Shown: piece by piece, positions 1-9,508 of the stretch | How positions within the stretch are numbered: the first letter of the stretch is position 1 | How the letters are laid out: every line of letters begins with the position of its first letter | Assembly: GCA_964603945.1 (NCBI GenBank) | Contig: CAZRWP010000004.1 | Location: 12,979-76,978, forward strand | Direction: 5' to 3' | Source: an uncultured Pseudomonadales bacterium | GTDB lineage: Bacteria > Patescibacteriota > Microgenomatia > UBA1400 > UBA1396 | DNA length: 64,000 bases | The notes under the pieces: model-generated | What the model was told of the DNA's origin: nothing | What the model saw: only the letters and a program-made list of their open reading frames with translations | Database searches by the model: none | Position numbers and translations under genes: made by a program

Positions 1-430
1 TTTCCTGGCCAAACCACTCATTAATGAGCTCAATTGTTTGCTGATTATTTTGATATGTCTGGGCTGAAAGCCCTGCCTGGCGGGCTGAGTCGACATTAAT
101 TGGCGAATCGTCAATAAACATCACCTCGGCTGGGTCAGCCTTTAATTTATCAATCACACTTAGGTAAGCCGCTGGCGAGGTTTTATCCAAGCCTATTTCC
201 TCGGTGGTGAAAAATTGGTGAAATACTGGCGTGAGATGCGCTTTAATCGCCGGATCGTAAATTTTGGTGGTAGCAGTAAATATAGCCCGCTTAAGTTCTA
301 AATTAGAAATATAGTCGAGCAATGGCTGATTTAAAACAAAAATCGGGTCAATCTTTGTTCTGCCAGAAAATTCGACCGTATCCTTTGCAAATAGCAAAAC
401 ATTAGAAAAATCAAATAACAGAGTTTTCAT
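1..430 (-). CDS. HAD-superfamily hydrolase (partial, runs off window start)
   Basis: Own translation from ATG at 430: MKTLLFDFSNVL...EVMFIDDSPINVDSARQAGL; degenerate HAD motif I and FIDD motif IV. Confidence 0.75.
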   Translation of the reverse strand, partial: MKTLLFDFSNVLLFAKDTVEFSGRTKIDPIFVLNQPLLDYISNLELKRAIFTATTKIYDPAIKAHLTPVFHQFFTTEEIGLDKTSPAAYLSVIDKLKADPAEVMFIDDSPINVDSARQAGLSAQTYQNNQQTIELINEWFGQE

Positions 431-434
431 ACAA

Positions 435-1646
435 CTAGTTATTTGAGGTGCGGGCTTCAATCGCCGAGATTACAGCTGACTGGTCGGACCAAATCTGTTC
501 GACTTTGCCATAACACATACTCTCTTCATGGCCTTTGCCTAATAGCGCCACCGTATCTCCTTTTTTAGCCAGCTCAATTGCCTGATTAATTGCCTGCTGG
601 CGATCAGCTATGGTCATAACTTTGTGGTGGTTGGGCGCCTTAACGCCTTCCTTCATCTGACGCATAATTACCTGGACATCCTCGGTACGCGGATCTTCTG
701 CGGTAAAAATGGCCAGATCAGCAATTCGAGAGCCAATTTCACCCATCCTTGGGCGCTTGGAGCGGTCACGCAAGCCAGCACACCCATAAACGGCAATCAG
801 TTTTCCGTTTGTTTGTTCTCGTAGCGTGTTTAGAACACTTTCCAGACCATGCGAAGTGTGGGCAAAATCAACTATTACCTTGATACCCAAATCGTTAGGA
901 ATCTCCTCCATTCGACCTTTAATGCCAGGAAAGGATTTAACCGCTTTAATAAATTCTACATCTGAAATGCCAATAAGCTTAGCCATTTTCCAGATCAAAT
1001 GAGCATTCCACTGATTGTAGGGTTCCGTAAATCTCTTGGCGACTGCTTGACCAACTTTGCCACTAGGCAATTCTTGAGGAAATGTAGTGACCGGGCAATT
1101 AGCTTGCTTGGCCAGAGCTTTTAACTTAGCAAAAGACTTATCATCCTGATTCAACACCGCTTGCTTGGCTTTTTTAAAGATACTGCCTTTTACCTCAACT
1201 AACTTATCCCAGGTTTCAAAATAATCTAAATGTTCTGAGGTCACATTGGTAATACCAACTAGCTCAAATGGTACTCCCCAAACCCGATTCTGATAAAGTC
1301 CGTGTGAGGTGACTTCTAGCACCACTTCAGTAATTCCAGCCTCAACACACCGGTTTAACAGGCGCTGAAGAGCGGCCGGATCAGGCGAAGTAACATGGAA
1401 ACCGGTATCAATTTTTTCTGCCCCGATAAAGGCGGCCACCGTGCTGATCAAAGCGGCCGACTTGCCCGACTCCTTTAAAACGTGATAAAGCAAAGTACTA
1501 CTGGTGGTTTTGCCGTCTGTTCCCGTAATGCCATAAATCTTGAGTTTTTTGGCCGGCTGACCATAGCGATAACTGGCTGGCATGCCATTCAACCAACCGG
1601 TTTTAACCAAATGCCAATACTTACGAGCTTTTAGTTTAAGAGACAT
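435..1646 (-). CDS. murE: UDP-N-acetylmuramyl-tripeptide synthetase MurE (short form)
   Basis: GITGTDGKTT P-loop, TNVTSEHLDY, VDFAHT, GCAGLRDRSKR, GKGHE; start moved to ATG 1646 after a TATAAT box. Confidence 0.9.
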   Translation of the reverse strand: MSLKLKARKYWHLVKTGWLNGMPASYRYGQPAKKLKIYGITGTDGKTTSSTLLYHVLKESGKSAALISTVAAFIGAEKIDTGFHVTSPDPAALQRLLNRCVEAGITEVVLEVTSHGLYQNRVWGVPFELVGITNVTSEHLDYFETWDKLVEVKGSIFKKAKQAVLNQDDKSFAKLKALAKQANCPVTTFPQELPSGKVGQAVAKRFTEPYNQWNAHLIWKMAKLIGISDVEFIKAVKSFPGIKGRMEEIPNDLGIKVIVDFAHTSHGLESVLNTLREQTNGKLIAVYGCAGLRDRSKRPRMGEIGSRIADLAIFTAEDPRTEDVQVIMRQMKEGVKAPNHHKVMTIADRQQAINQAIELAKKGDTVALLGKGHEESMCYGKVEQIWSDQSAVISAIEARTSNN

Positions 1647-1758
1647 TGAGGCCATTATAGGACAAAAGCAAGGCCATTGGTATTGCTCATACCTCATGTA
1701 TATGAGCAGTGATAAAAATAATATTTATGTTAAAAATTACTTTTGATATTTATGTTTT

Positions 1759-2304
1759 TTATTCATTTTTCAAGAAATATCTACCTACGGCGGCTATACT
1801 ACCCATACATTTCATCTGATTTTCTAAAACCATTTGCTTAACTTCAGCCGGTGACAAAATTGAACATTCAATCGTCTCTTCCGCTTCTCGATCTGGTGAA
1901 GGTACTGCGTCTGAATCAAATTTAAGAAACACTAAATGGCCTTGCATGGCAGTTGGGCCAGCTAGAGGATAAAACATTCCCTGGTAATCTACAGAGATTA
2001 CTGGATAACCAGTTTCTTCAGTAAACTCGCGCCTGGCCGTATCTTCAATATCTTCACCAGATTCGATAAAGCCAGCTGGCATTTCATATACAAAATCATT
2101 AACTGCCTGACGAAAAGAACGCTCAACTAATATATTTCCGGCCTGATCTACTCCAACCATCATCACGTAATCAGGACGCACAAAACTATAATAGTTATCA
2201 TTAATCTCACCATTTGGAAGTTGCCACACATTTTTATTAACACTCAGAAATTGTGATTCGAAAACTCGCTCAGAGGATATCTTAACCCATTTTCTTAAAG
2301 CCAT
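1759..2304 (-). CDS. NUDIX hydrolase (ADP-ribose pyrophosphatase-like)
   Basis: Nudix box PAGFIESGEDIEDTARREFTEETG. Confidence 0.9.
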   Translation of the reverse strand: MALRKWVKISSERVFESQFLSVNKNVWQLPNGEINDNYYSFVRPDYVMMVGVDQAGNILVERSFRQAVNDFVYEMPAGFIESGEDIEDTARREFTEETGYPVISVDYQGMFYPLAGPTAMQGHLVFLKFDSDAVPSPDREAEETIECSILSPAEVKQMVLENQMKCMGSIAAVGRYFLKNE

Positions 2305-2340
2305 GGCTTTAGTATAAATTATCTGATAAAACTTTGTTTT

Positions 2341-4101
2341 CTACTTCAAAACATCGGTCAAAATCTCAAACCAAAGTGGTGCGGCGGTCTCCGAGCCCCA
2401 GGGGGAAGAAGTTGGTTCTCTTAATTTAACCAGCATGACAAACTGCGGATTTTCCGCTGGGGCGAAGCCGATAAAACTGGCAATGGTTTTGTCAGACAAA
2501 TAGCCGCCTTCACCGGCAATCTGCGCCGTGCCGGTCTTGCCGGCCACGCTGACTCCCTCCGGCAATGCCCACTTTGCGTCGCCCTGGGAAGCCGTGTAAA
2601 CCATCATGTCAGTGACCGTTTTGGCCGTTTGCGGGGAAATTACTTGGCGAATAACCTTGGGCTTGGTTTCAATCACCTGATCACCCTGAGTAACTTTTGC
2701 TACCACGTATGGTTGCAGGAGCTTGCCGCCGTTGGCAATCGCGGCCGCCGCCCTGGTCAGCTGAAGGCTAGTTGAGGCAATTCCCTGACCAAACGAGGCA
2801 GTCGCGGTATCAACTTCGCGCCACTCTTTGTCTTCACGGAAACTATATTGCGCTTCACCCTGTAAGTCCACGCCTGTCTTTTCGTTATAACCAAAATCTC
2901 GCAATTTCTGCAAAAACCGGCTTGCGCCAATCTGCTCAGACACAAATACCATGGCCGTGTTATCGGATTTGGCCAAAGCATCACGCATGGAAATATCTGG
3001 GTTATAAACACCATCCCAAGTTTTTATGGAAAATCCATTAATCACTCTGGGTCCATCACAATCAGGGCAAGTGGTGTCCGGCGTTACGGCGCCAGTTTCA
3101 ATTCCAATCGCCATGGTGACAATTTTTTGAGTTGATCCGGGTTCATATAAATCAGAGACAACCGGATTACGATAATAGCCAGCCGGATACTGCCAAAATT
3201 CGGCCGGATCATAATTTGGAAAAGAGGCCATCGCTAAGATTGCACCTGTCTGCGGATCCATCACTATGACCTCTCCTGAAACAGCTCCATAACGTTCCAA
3301 ACCGGTCAATAATTTTTCCTCAATGGCGGCTTGCAAATGACGGTCAATTGTTAAGGTTAAAGAACTTCCCTGATCTTCTTTTAATTTTTGACTTTGACTT
3401 AATAAAAGCGGCAAGCCTAGAGCGGTTCTCTGCTGATGAAGTACGCCCTCTCGACCTCGTAATTCCAAATCATAAAACCCCTCCAAGCCAAAATAGCCTT
3501 GATCGTCTCCCAAATCCGTTTTGCCGACAAAGCCTAATAGTTGAGCAGACAACGAAGCATCGGGATAATAACGTGCATAACGAGTGTCAAAACCAATGGC
3601 GTGAATTTCTAAATCCTCAATTGCCTGGCGCTGTTCACGATTCAAACCGTTAGCTAAAGCCACCCACTGACGATTGGGGTCACTTAGCAAGTTTTCTAGC
3701 CGATCCTCCAAATCTTTTTGCTGAGATTTTAACCAAGCAGAATCAGTCGCCTGCAACGGTGTTGATTCTAGAGTAGTCATGATAATTGGCGCAATTTTTT
3801 CCGCTATTTCATCAGGGGTATTTTGCAATATGTGGGGTTGGGCAAACAACGTGTACTCTTCGCGATTGCCGACCAAAATTCGGCCAGCATTGTCCAAAAT
3901 CCAGCCTCGCTGAGAACTCAGGCGCTGACTTGACTCATATTGGTTAGCCGCTACCATCGACAGTTCGGTGTGCTTCCAGATCTGCCAATATGCCAAACGC
4001 AAAATAATTGCTAAAAAGGCACAGCCGAATATCAGCTCCAGCCATTTTAAACGGTGGCGGAGTCGGTCGGCCTGAGTTGGCTGAGACTGGCGGGAACGCA
4101 T
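2341..4101 (-). CDS. ftsI: Class B penicillin-binding protein (FtsI/PBP2-type transpeptidase)
   Basis: N-terminal TM, EPGSTQK (SxxK), KSDN (SxN), GKTGTAQ (KTG); follows mraZ-rsmH-ftsL. Confidence 0.85.
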   Translation of the reverse strand: MRSRQSQPTQADRLRHRLKWLELIFGCAFLAIILRLAYWQIWKHTELSMVAANQYESSQRLSSQRGWILDNAGRILVGNREEYTLFAQPHILQNTPDEIAEKIAPIIMTTLESTPLQATDSAWLKSQQKDLEDRLENLLSDPNRQWVALANGLNREQRQAIEDLEIHAIGFDTRYARYYPDASLSAQLLGFVGKTDLGDDQGYFGLEGFYDLELRGREGVLHQQRTALGLPLLLSQSQKLKEDQGSSLTLTIDRHLQAAIEEKLLTGLERYGAVSGEVIVMDPQTGAILAMASFPNYDPAEFWQYPAGYYRNPVVSDLYEPGSTQKIVTMAIGIETGAVTPDTTCPDCDGPRVINGFSIKTWDGVYNPDISMRDALAKSDNTAMVFVSEQIGASRFLQKLRDFGYNEKTGVDLQGEAQYSFREDKEWREVDTATASFGQGIASTSLQLTRAAAAIANGGKLLQPYVVAKVTQGDQVIETKPKVIRQVISPQTAKTVTDMMVYTASQGDAKWALPEGVSVAGKTGTAQIAGEGGYLSDKTIASFIGFAPAENPQFVMLVKLREPTSSPWGSETAAPLWFEILTDVLK

Positions 4102-4107
4102 ACTCTA

Positions 4108-4410
4108 CTAATGAGCTTGGGCTAAGCTGGGGATTACGTCAAGACGACCCTTAGCTTGAGCAAGTTGTGAAAAACCCTGCTCAACGGCAAACGCTTGTGG
4201 AGTCGATAAAGAATGTGCCTGAGCTAACTGCTCCTGCAAATATTGCTTTTGCTGATTTAAAAGTCTTTCCTGCTGTTGCAGTTGAGCGGCTTGATATGAC
4301 AATTGAGCCACTGAAGACGTGCTAATTATCGCTCCAGTCAGCAAGGCAAAAGCAACCAGAGCAATAAATATTTGCTTAATGGAGATTAAAGAAGTGGCAG
4401 GCTGTTTCAT
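4108..4410 (-). CDS. FtsL-like small membrane coiled-coil protein
   Basis: One TM followed by a Q/L coiled coil; canonical position between rsmH and ftsI. Confidence 0.6.
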   Translation of the reverse strand: MKQPATSLISIKQIFIALVAFALLTGAIISTSSVAQLSYQAAQLQQQERLLNQQKQYLQEQLAQAHSLSTPQAFAVEQGFSQLAQAKGRLDVIPSLAQAH

Positions 4411-4465
4411 ATTGTGTTTTTTTGTTATTTTTGGTTGGTTTTTGGTTTTTTAATAATTTTTTGTT

Positions 4466-5344
4466 TTAGATTCGTTGAGCTACCCTCAGGCGAGCACTGC
4501 GACTGCGCGGATTAGCGTCGATTTCTGACTCACTTGTCATGATCGGTTTATTAGTTATCTGACTCACTTGTTTTTGGTTTTCCCACTCATCAAAAGTGTT
4601 TTTTACCAAGCGATCTTCTCCTTCATGAAAACTGATGATCGCTAGTCTTGCATCTGGCTTGAGCCAAGGCAAAATAGTATTAAGCAGACTTTGTAAGTTT
4701 TCGATTTCCAGATTCACAGCCATTCGTAAAGCCATAAAAGTTTTGGTGGCTGGATGGAGATGGCCGCGCCGGTGACCTTTGACTTTGGAGATAATTTTCA
4801 CCAATTGATCAGTCGTTCTAAAAGGTTGTTTTTCTCGTTCTTGAGCTACGGCGCGGGCAATTTGACTAGCCTGCGTTTCCTGTGAAAATTCCCAGAGGAG
4901 ATTTTTGAGGTGTTTCTCAGGCAGAGCGTTAAGTAGATCAGCGGCTGTTACTCCAAGTCGCGTATCCATCCGCATATCTAGTGGTTGAGAACCTTGAAAA
5001 CTAAAACCACGCTCAGATTCATCAATTTGGTTACTGCTAAGACCTAGATCAAACAAAGCGCCATCAAATGCGGGCGGGTTTAGTTCAAGTTCTGGCAAGG
5101 CAATATCAAGATTGGCAAAGTTAGTGTGGCAAATAGTTAGTTTTTTCTCAGCTATTTCCGTGGCTAACTCTTGTTGGGCAGAACTGATAGCGTCCGGATC
5201 CATATCACAAGCCACCACTTTCCCACCAGCTTCCAAAATAGCTCGAGTGTGACCACCGCGTCCAAACGTACCATCAAGATATAGACCATCAGGCTTAACG
5301 GCCAAAGCTGTCATTACTTCATTCATTAATACTGGTACGTGCAT
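4466..5344 (-). CDS. rsmH: 16S rRNA m4C1402 methyltransferase RsmH (MraW)
   Basis: MHVPVL, DGTFGRGGH, DLGLSSNQ, PLDMRMD, ISFHEGEDR, NPRSRSARLR; start moved to ATG 5344. Confidence 0.95.
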   Translation of the reverse strand: MHVPVLMNEVMTALAVKPDGLYLDGTFGRGGHTRAILEAGGKVVACDMDPDAISSAQQELATEIAEKKLTICHTNFANLDIALPELELNPPAFDGALFDLGLSSNQIDESERGFSFQGSQPLDMRMDTRLGVTAADLLNALPEKHLKNLLWEFSQETQASQIARAVAQEREKQPFRTTDQLVKIISKVKGHRRGHLHPATKTFMALRMAVNLEIENLQSLLNTILPWLKPDARLAIISFHEGEDRLVKNTFDEWENQKQVSQITNKPIMTSESEIDANPRSRSARLRVAQRI

Positions 5345-5777
5345 GCGTCCCTTCTTCCCAAGGCAGTTCTTCGGCAATTTCCTCAGCGTGCTGAGATAAT
5401 TCATCCAAATAACTGTGATAGCGGGTTTGATCCCAGATTTCGATGTATTTCATGGAACCGACAACTACAACTTCTTTTTGCAGGTCAGCAAACTCAGCTA
5501 ATGTGGCCGGAATTGTGATGCGGCCCAGATTATCGGTTTGGATAGATTGAGCGTCGTTACTTAAATAGCGCCAAAAGTCGCGGGCGCGTTTTTTAGTAAA
5601 CGGCAATTGAGTCAGATTGTTCACGAGCATTTGCCAGTAATCCTCTGGAAGTAAAAATAAACCTCCGTCCAGACCTCTGGTTAGAACAGCTGAAGTTCCC
5701 AGCTGTCCACGCATGTGTTTCGGAATGGTCACCCTACGCTGGTTATCAAGGGAGTTGTAGGATTTTCCGAGCAACAT
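5319..5777 (-). CDS. mraZ: Transcriptional regulator MraZ
   Basis: Two AbrB-like repeats (DNQRRVTIP, DNLGRITIP), IEIWD; first gene of the dcw cluster. Confidence 0.95.
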   Translation of the reverse strand: MLLGKSYNSLDNQRRVTIPKHMRGQLGTSAVLTRGLDGGLFLLPEDYWQMLVNNLTQLPFTKKRARDFWRYLSNDAQSIQTDNLGRITIPATLAEFADLQKEVVVVGSMKYIEIWDQTRYHSYLDELSQHAEEIAEELPWEEGTHARTSINE

Positions 5778-5897
5778 GTTATTTCTTCATTTCAATTCTT
5801 ATAGGGTGTTTTACCTATTCCTCCCTATTGCTATTTATAATGACGCAAAGTAAGAAATTTAGCAACACAAAGAAAGAGCGAAGCAAGAAGTCTTTAT

Positions 5898-5987
5898 AGA
5901 AGGATCATCCTTGCCCCTCCGCTAGCCTGGAAGGATCATCCTAGGATGATCCTTCTTGAGGAAACTAAGGGCAAGGATGATCCTTCT
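5898..5987. repeat. Nested palindromic REP-like element, copy 1
   Basis: 19-bp outer inverted repeats AGAAGGATCATCCTTGCCC/GGGCAAGGATGATCCTTCT around central palindrome GAAGGATCATCCTAGGATGATCCTTC; near-identical copies at 14490 and 35327. Confidence 0.9.
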
Positions 5988-6010
5988 TGAGGGAGAGGTA
6001 TACTAAACGC

Positions 6011-6592
6011 ATGAACATTCCCTATCCGCCCGCCAAAAGGCCTTTGCCAAAGCACGCCAAAAAAGTTTTCACCGGCGAAATTTTTGACGTCTATCAGTGG
6101 GAACAGGAAATGTATGACGGAAGCACCGTCATCTTTGAAAAAATAAAACGTGCCGATACCGTTAGCGTAATTCCAATTACAACTGAGCAAAAAATTCTAA
6201 TCAGTCATGAGGAACAACCTGGTCTTAAACCTTTTTATGGTGTTTTTGGCGGTCGAATTGAGCCAGAAGAAAATCCGCTATCCGCCGCCAAACGCGAACT
6301 GCTGGAAGAAACCGGTTATCAGTCAGATAAATGGAAATTGTGGCACTCTTTTCAACCTTTTGAAAAAATCGAGTGGGCAATCTTTTCTTTCGTGGCCCAA
6401 GATTGTCAGAATATTCAAGCTCAAAACCTCGACAATGGTGAAAAGATTGAAGTTATGGAAGTCGATTTTGAAAAATTTATTAAATACGCCCAGCGTCCAG
6501 ATTTCAGAGACTCAGAAATTAGTTATCTGGTACTGCAAGCCTTGGTTGATCCGGCCAAAATGGCTGAGCTAAAGAAAACAATTTTTGACTGA
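6011..6592 (+). CDS. NUDIX hydrolase
   Basis: Nudix box GGRIEPEENPLSAAKRELLEETG; start moved to ATG 6011 (TATACT 6 nt upstream). Confidence 0.9.
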   Translation: MNIPYPPAKRPLPKHAKKVFTGEIFDVYQWEQEMYDGSTVIFEKIKRADTVSVIPITTEQKILISHEEQPGLKPFYGVFGGRIEPEENPLSAAKRELLEETGYQSDKWKLWHSFQPFEKIEWAIFSFVAQDCQNIQAQNLDNGEKIEVMEVDFEKFIKYAQRPDFRDSEISYLVLQALVDPAKMAELKKTIFD

Positions 6593-6641
6593 TCAGCAAA
6601 CTTACTTGATAGTTTCTCATTAAAAGTTTTGTCAAATAATT

Positions 6642-7247
6642 TTATTGAAAGAGTCGAGGGCGTCCTAAACGGTATTGATAGTCTTTTAGCTGACGCTCAC
6701 CAATTACCTTGGCCGGTACTCCGCCAACAATCGCTCCCGCATCAACTGACTTAGTAACCACCGCGCCAGCGCCAACTACCGAGCCGCGACCTAAAGTTAC
6801 ACCTGGCAAAATAATCGCCCGTGGTCCAATAAAAACGTAATCTTCAATTCTCACCGGCTCTTCAATTGGTCCAAAATCAGGGGCATTAATGTCGTGTTCA
6901 CTGTTATAGATCATGACTTCACTGGCGATGTCGACATGATTACCAATAGAAAGTGGGGCGCGGCCATCCAGCACCGCGTGATCGCCGATGATGGTGTCAT
7001 GACCAATGGACACTCCACTGGGGTGATAAAAACGAGCGCCTATGTGCAAAGTTGAGCTACTGGTTAGTTTGACTCCAGCCAGGCGAAAGAAAAACCGACG
7101 GAACCAATGCAAAGGCACTAAAGTGACAAAACTCAGCCATAAAAGCAGAAGGTCTTCTAAATAGGCGCCAATGCGTCCCCTGATTTTTTGGCCAGCGGCT
7201 GACCAGCTAAGTTGTTGACCCATACGATCATGAAATGGTGATGGCAT
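6642..7247 (-). CDS. Hexapeptide-repeat (LbH) acyltransferase, likely sugar O-acetyltransferase
   Basis: IEDYVFIGPRAIILPGVTLGRGSVVGAGAVVTKSV...GGVPAKVI. Confidence 0.85.
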   Translation of the reverse strand: MPSPFHDRMGQQLSWSAAGQKIRGRIGAYLEDLLLLWLSFVTLVPLHWFRRFFFRLAGVKLTSSSTLHIGARFYHPSGVSIGHDTIIGDHAVLDGRAPLSIGNHVDIASEVMIYNSEHDINAPDFGPIEEPVRIEDYVFIGPRAIILPGVTLGRGSVVGAGAVVTKSVDAGAIVGGVPAKVIGERQLKDYQYRLGRPRLFQ

Positions 7248-7304
7248 AACGTCATTATAGATCAAGCCAATAGTTGTGCGGGAGGAAAATTAGACGAGGA
7301 TAAT

Positions 7305-8258
7305 TTAGACAAGGACGCGGCCGCGCGCCGTCCGCTTGATTTTGCCTTTTTGAATTAGGTAAGGCTCAATAACTTCTTCAATGGTGCTGGAGTCTTCAGA
7401 CAGCGCGGCCGCCAGCGTGTTCAAGCCGACCGGACCACCTTTAAATTGTTGTCTCAAGGCTGTTAAGTAGCGGCGATCATGCTCATCAAGCCCTTCGGCG
7501 TCAACTTGCTGAAGCAGTAAAGCCTGGTCGACATGTTCGGGCGAAATATTTTCACAATTATCTAGCTGAGCAACGTCCCTAACCCGCTTTAAAAGTTTGA
7601 GGGCAATTCTTGGCGTGCCGCGAGAACGCTCCGCAATTTTTAGAGCAATTTCCTTATCGATACTGATAGAAAGTTTTTTCGCCGCCCGCTCTACAATCAC
7701 GCCCAACTCATCTGGCTGATAATATTGCAGACGATGAACCAGGCCGAATCGGTCTCTAAGCGGTGCTGACAAAGCACCAAACCTCGTTGTAGCTCCAACC
7801 AGCGTAAACGGCGGCAAATCAATTCTCACCACGCGCGCGCCGGCGCCCTTCCCCAGCACAATATCCAAAGCAAAATCTTCCATCGCCGGATAAAGAGTTT
7901 CCTCGACGGCGCGCGACAAGCGGTGAATTTCATCAATAAACAAGACATCATTCGCCTGGATATTGGATAAAATTGCCGCCAAGTCGCCAACTTTGCTTAA
8001 AGCGTTACCAGATGAAATATGAAGTGATCCGCCAGATTCGCGGGCAATCAGATGCGATAAAGTTGTTTTACCCAAGCCAGGCGGTCCGTAAAGCAGGGTG
8101 TGCTCCAGCGCTTCCTCGCGCTGTTTGGCGGCGGTGATCGCCACCATTAAAGATTCCGTAACTTTTAGTTGACCATGGAAGTCGTCCCAAGTGCGGGCGC
8201 GCAAAGAAACAAATAGCTGTTCTTCTTCCGGTGGGGTGCTCTGCAAGTTATAGGCCAT
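7305..8258 (-). CDS. ruvB: Holliday junction branch migration helicase RuvB
   Basis: YGPPGLGKTTL, FIDEIHRL, LYPAMEDF, PLRDRFG, SRGTPRIA. Confidence 0.97.
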   Translation of the reverse strand: MAYNLQSTPPEEEQLFVSLRARTWDDFHGQLKVTESLMVAITAAKQREEALEHTLLYGPPGLGKTTLSHLIARESGGSLHISSGNALSKVGDLAAILSNIQANDVLFIDEIHRLSRAVEETLYPAMEDFALDIVLGKGAGARVVRIDLPPFTLVGATTRFGALSAPLRDRFGLVHRLQYYQPDELGVIVERAAKKLSISIDKEIALKIAERSRGTPRIALKLLKRVRDVAQLDNCENISPEHVDQALLLQQVDAEGLDEHDRRYLTALRQQFKGGPVGLNTLAAALSEDSSTIEEVIEPYLIQKGKIKRTARGRVLV

Positions 8259-8259
8259 A

Positions 8260-8949
8260 TTATTTTTCTGGCGCGCCTTCGCTCATGCTTGCGCCCGCTC
8301 CTGCGCCCGTGGTCTCGTCCACGCGCTTGCCGTTTTCAGCTAATACATCAACGCTCGCAGGCACTGCACTAGTCTCAATCTTATTATTTCCAATGTTCTG
8401 CAAACTCCATTTTAACGCGTAAGTCACTTCCCAGTCTGGTTGTAGCCTGGAAAGCACGGTTTCAATCGCCCCCTCGTTATAACCCAGATTAAGCAGAGCG
8501 TCACGTACATCAGTTGTCAGCTGATTTTGCGGAGTCAGTTTAAATTCATTCAAACTGCCGACTTTTGACTGTAATTCTAAAATTATTTTTTGAGCTGTTT
8601 TCTTGCCCAGGCGCGGAACGCTTTGGAAAAATCCGACTTCCGACTGCTGAATTGCCTCAACTACGGCCTGTGCACCTTTATCAACTACGCTTAAAGCAGA
8701 TTTTGGTCCAACACCAGAAACGCTCAGCAATAACTCAAACATCCGCCTCTCCAAAGGATCCAAAAATCCATATAAAGACAAGGCTTCTTCTCGAACAAAC
8801 GTATAAATATGCAATGTCACTTGATCTTTTTGGCGGGCAATCTGCAATTCTTTTGTTGGAACCCAGACTTCATATCCTACCCCATGCACATCCAAAATTA
8901 ACACTTCGTCCTGATGATCAACTGGTTTTCCGGTCAGTAAACGTATCAT
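8260..8949 (-). CDS. ruvA: Holliday junction DNA-binding protein RuvA
   Basis: GVGYEV, LYGF, VSGVGPKSAL, GKKTAQKIILEL. Confidence 0.95.
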   Translation of the reverse strand: MIRLLTGKPVDHQDEVLILDVHGVGYEVWVPTKELQIARQKDQVTLHIYTFVREEALSLYGFLDPLERRMFELLLSVSGVGPKSALSVVDKGAQAVVEAIQQSEVGFFQSVPRLGKKTAQKIILELQSKVGSLNEFKLTPQNQLTTDVRDALLNLGYNEGAIETVLSRLQPDWEVTYALKWSLQNIGNNKIETSAVPASVDVLAENGKRVDETTGAGAGASMSEGAPEK

Positions 8950-9431
8950 ATTGTTTTAACGTTGCGCTGGTGAGCTGAGTGCGTTAAAGCAACTGCCAGC
9001 GCGTCACCAGTATCGTCAATCTTCGGGCTTTTTTCAAGTCTTAAGAGTTTGGTGATCATCAAAGTAACCTGTCTTTTGTCGGCATTTCCGTACCCGGTAA
9101 CTGATAATTTTATTTGATTGGGCTTGTACTCAGCTAACTTTAATTTATGTTTGAAAGCTAAAGCAAAAACTAGACCACGAACTTCGCTAACAGGCAAAGC
9201 AGTAGAAACATTTCGGGCAAAAAATAGCGATTCGATCGCTAAATCCGTCGGCTGATACTGCTGAATTAATTTTTCAATTTCCTCCCAGAGAACCTTAAAT
9301 CTTTCCAACTTTTCCAACTTCCGACTAGGCGAAATGGTATCAAAAGCCAGTGGTTTTTCTTTATTTCCCTCAACCTCAAGTATCGCCCACCCGCAACGGT
9401 CAAAACCAGGGTCAATACCAAGAATTATCAT
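8946..9431 (-). CDS. ruvC: Crossover junction endodeoxyribonuclease RuvC
   Basis: ILGIDPG, AIESLFF, TGYGNADK, DDTGDALAVALTH. Confidence 0.95.
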   Translation of the reverse strand: MIILGIDPGFDRCGWAILEVEGNKEKPLAFDTISPSRKLEKLERFKVLWEEIEKLIQQYQPTDLAIESLFFARNVSTALPVSEVRGLVFALAFKHKLKLAEYKPNQIKLSVTGYGNADKRQVTLMITKLLRLEKSPKIDDTGDALAVALTHSAHQRNVKTI

Positions 9432-9508
9432 ATCTAAAGCATACAGTATCGGACTATTTCTTTAAGCTCACTAACCTAGCTCTGGCAAAAATTACTACTG
9501 AAACCAAA

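Noticed and set aside
5780-5880. MraZ-binding repeats upstream of mraZ
   Set aside because: Only two weak AATAGG repeats; no clear canonical GTGG/TGGG array.
5936-6190. Short antisense or alternate-frame ORFs in the track (this one and, for example, 8565-8978, 37986-38303, 58479-58751, 59140-59463)
   Set aside because: They overlap well-supported genes, tRNAs or repeats and show no protein motifs.
8946-9431. RuvC as a Cas12/TnpB-like nuclease
   Set aside because: It is a 161-aa canonical RuvC in a ruvC-ruvA-ruvB operon.
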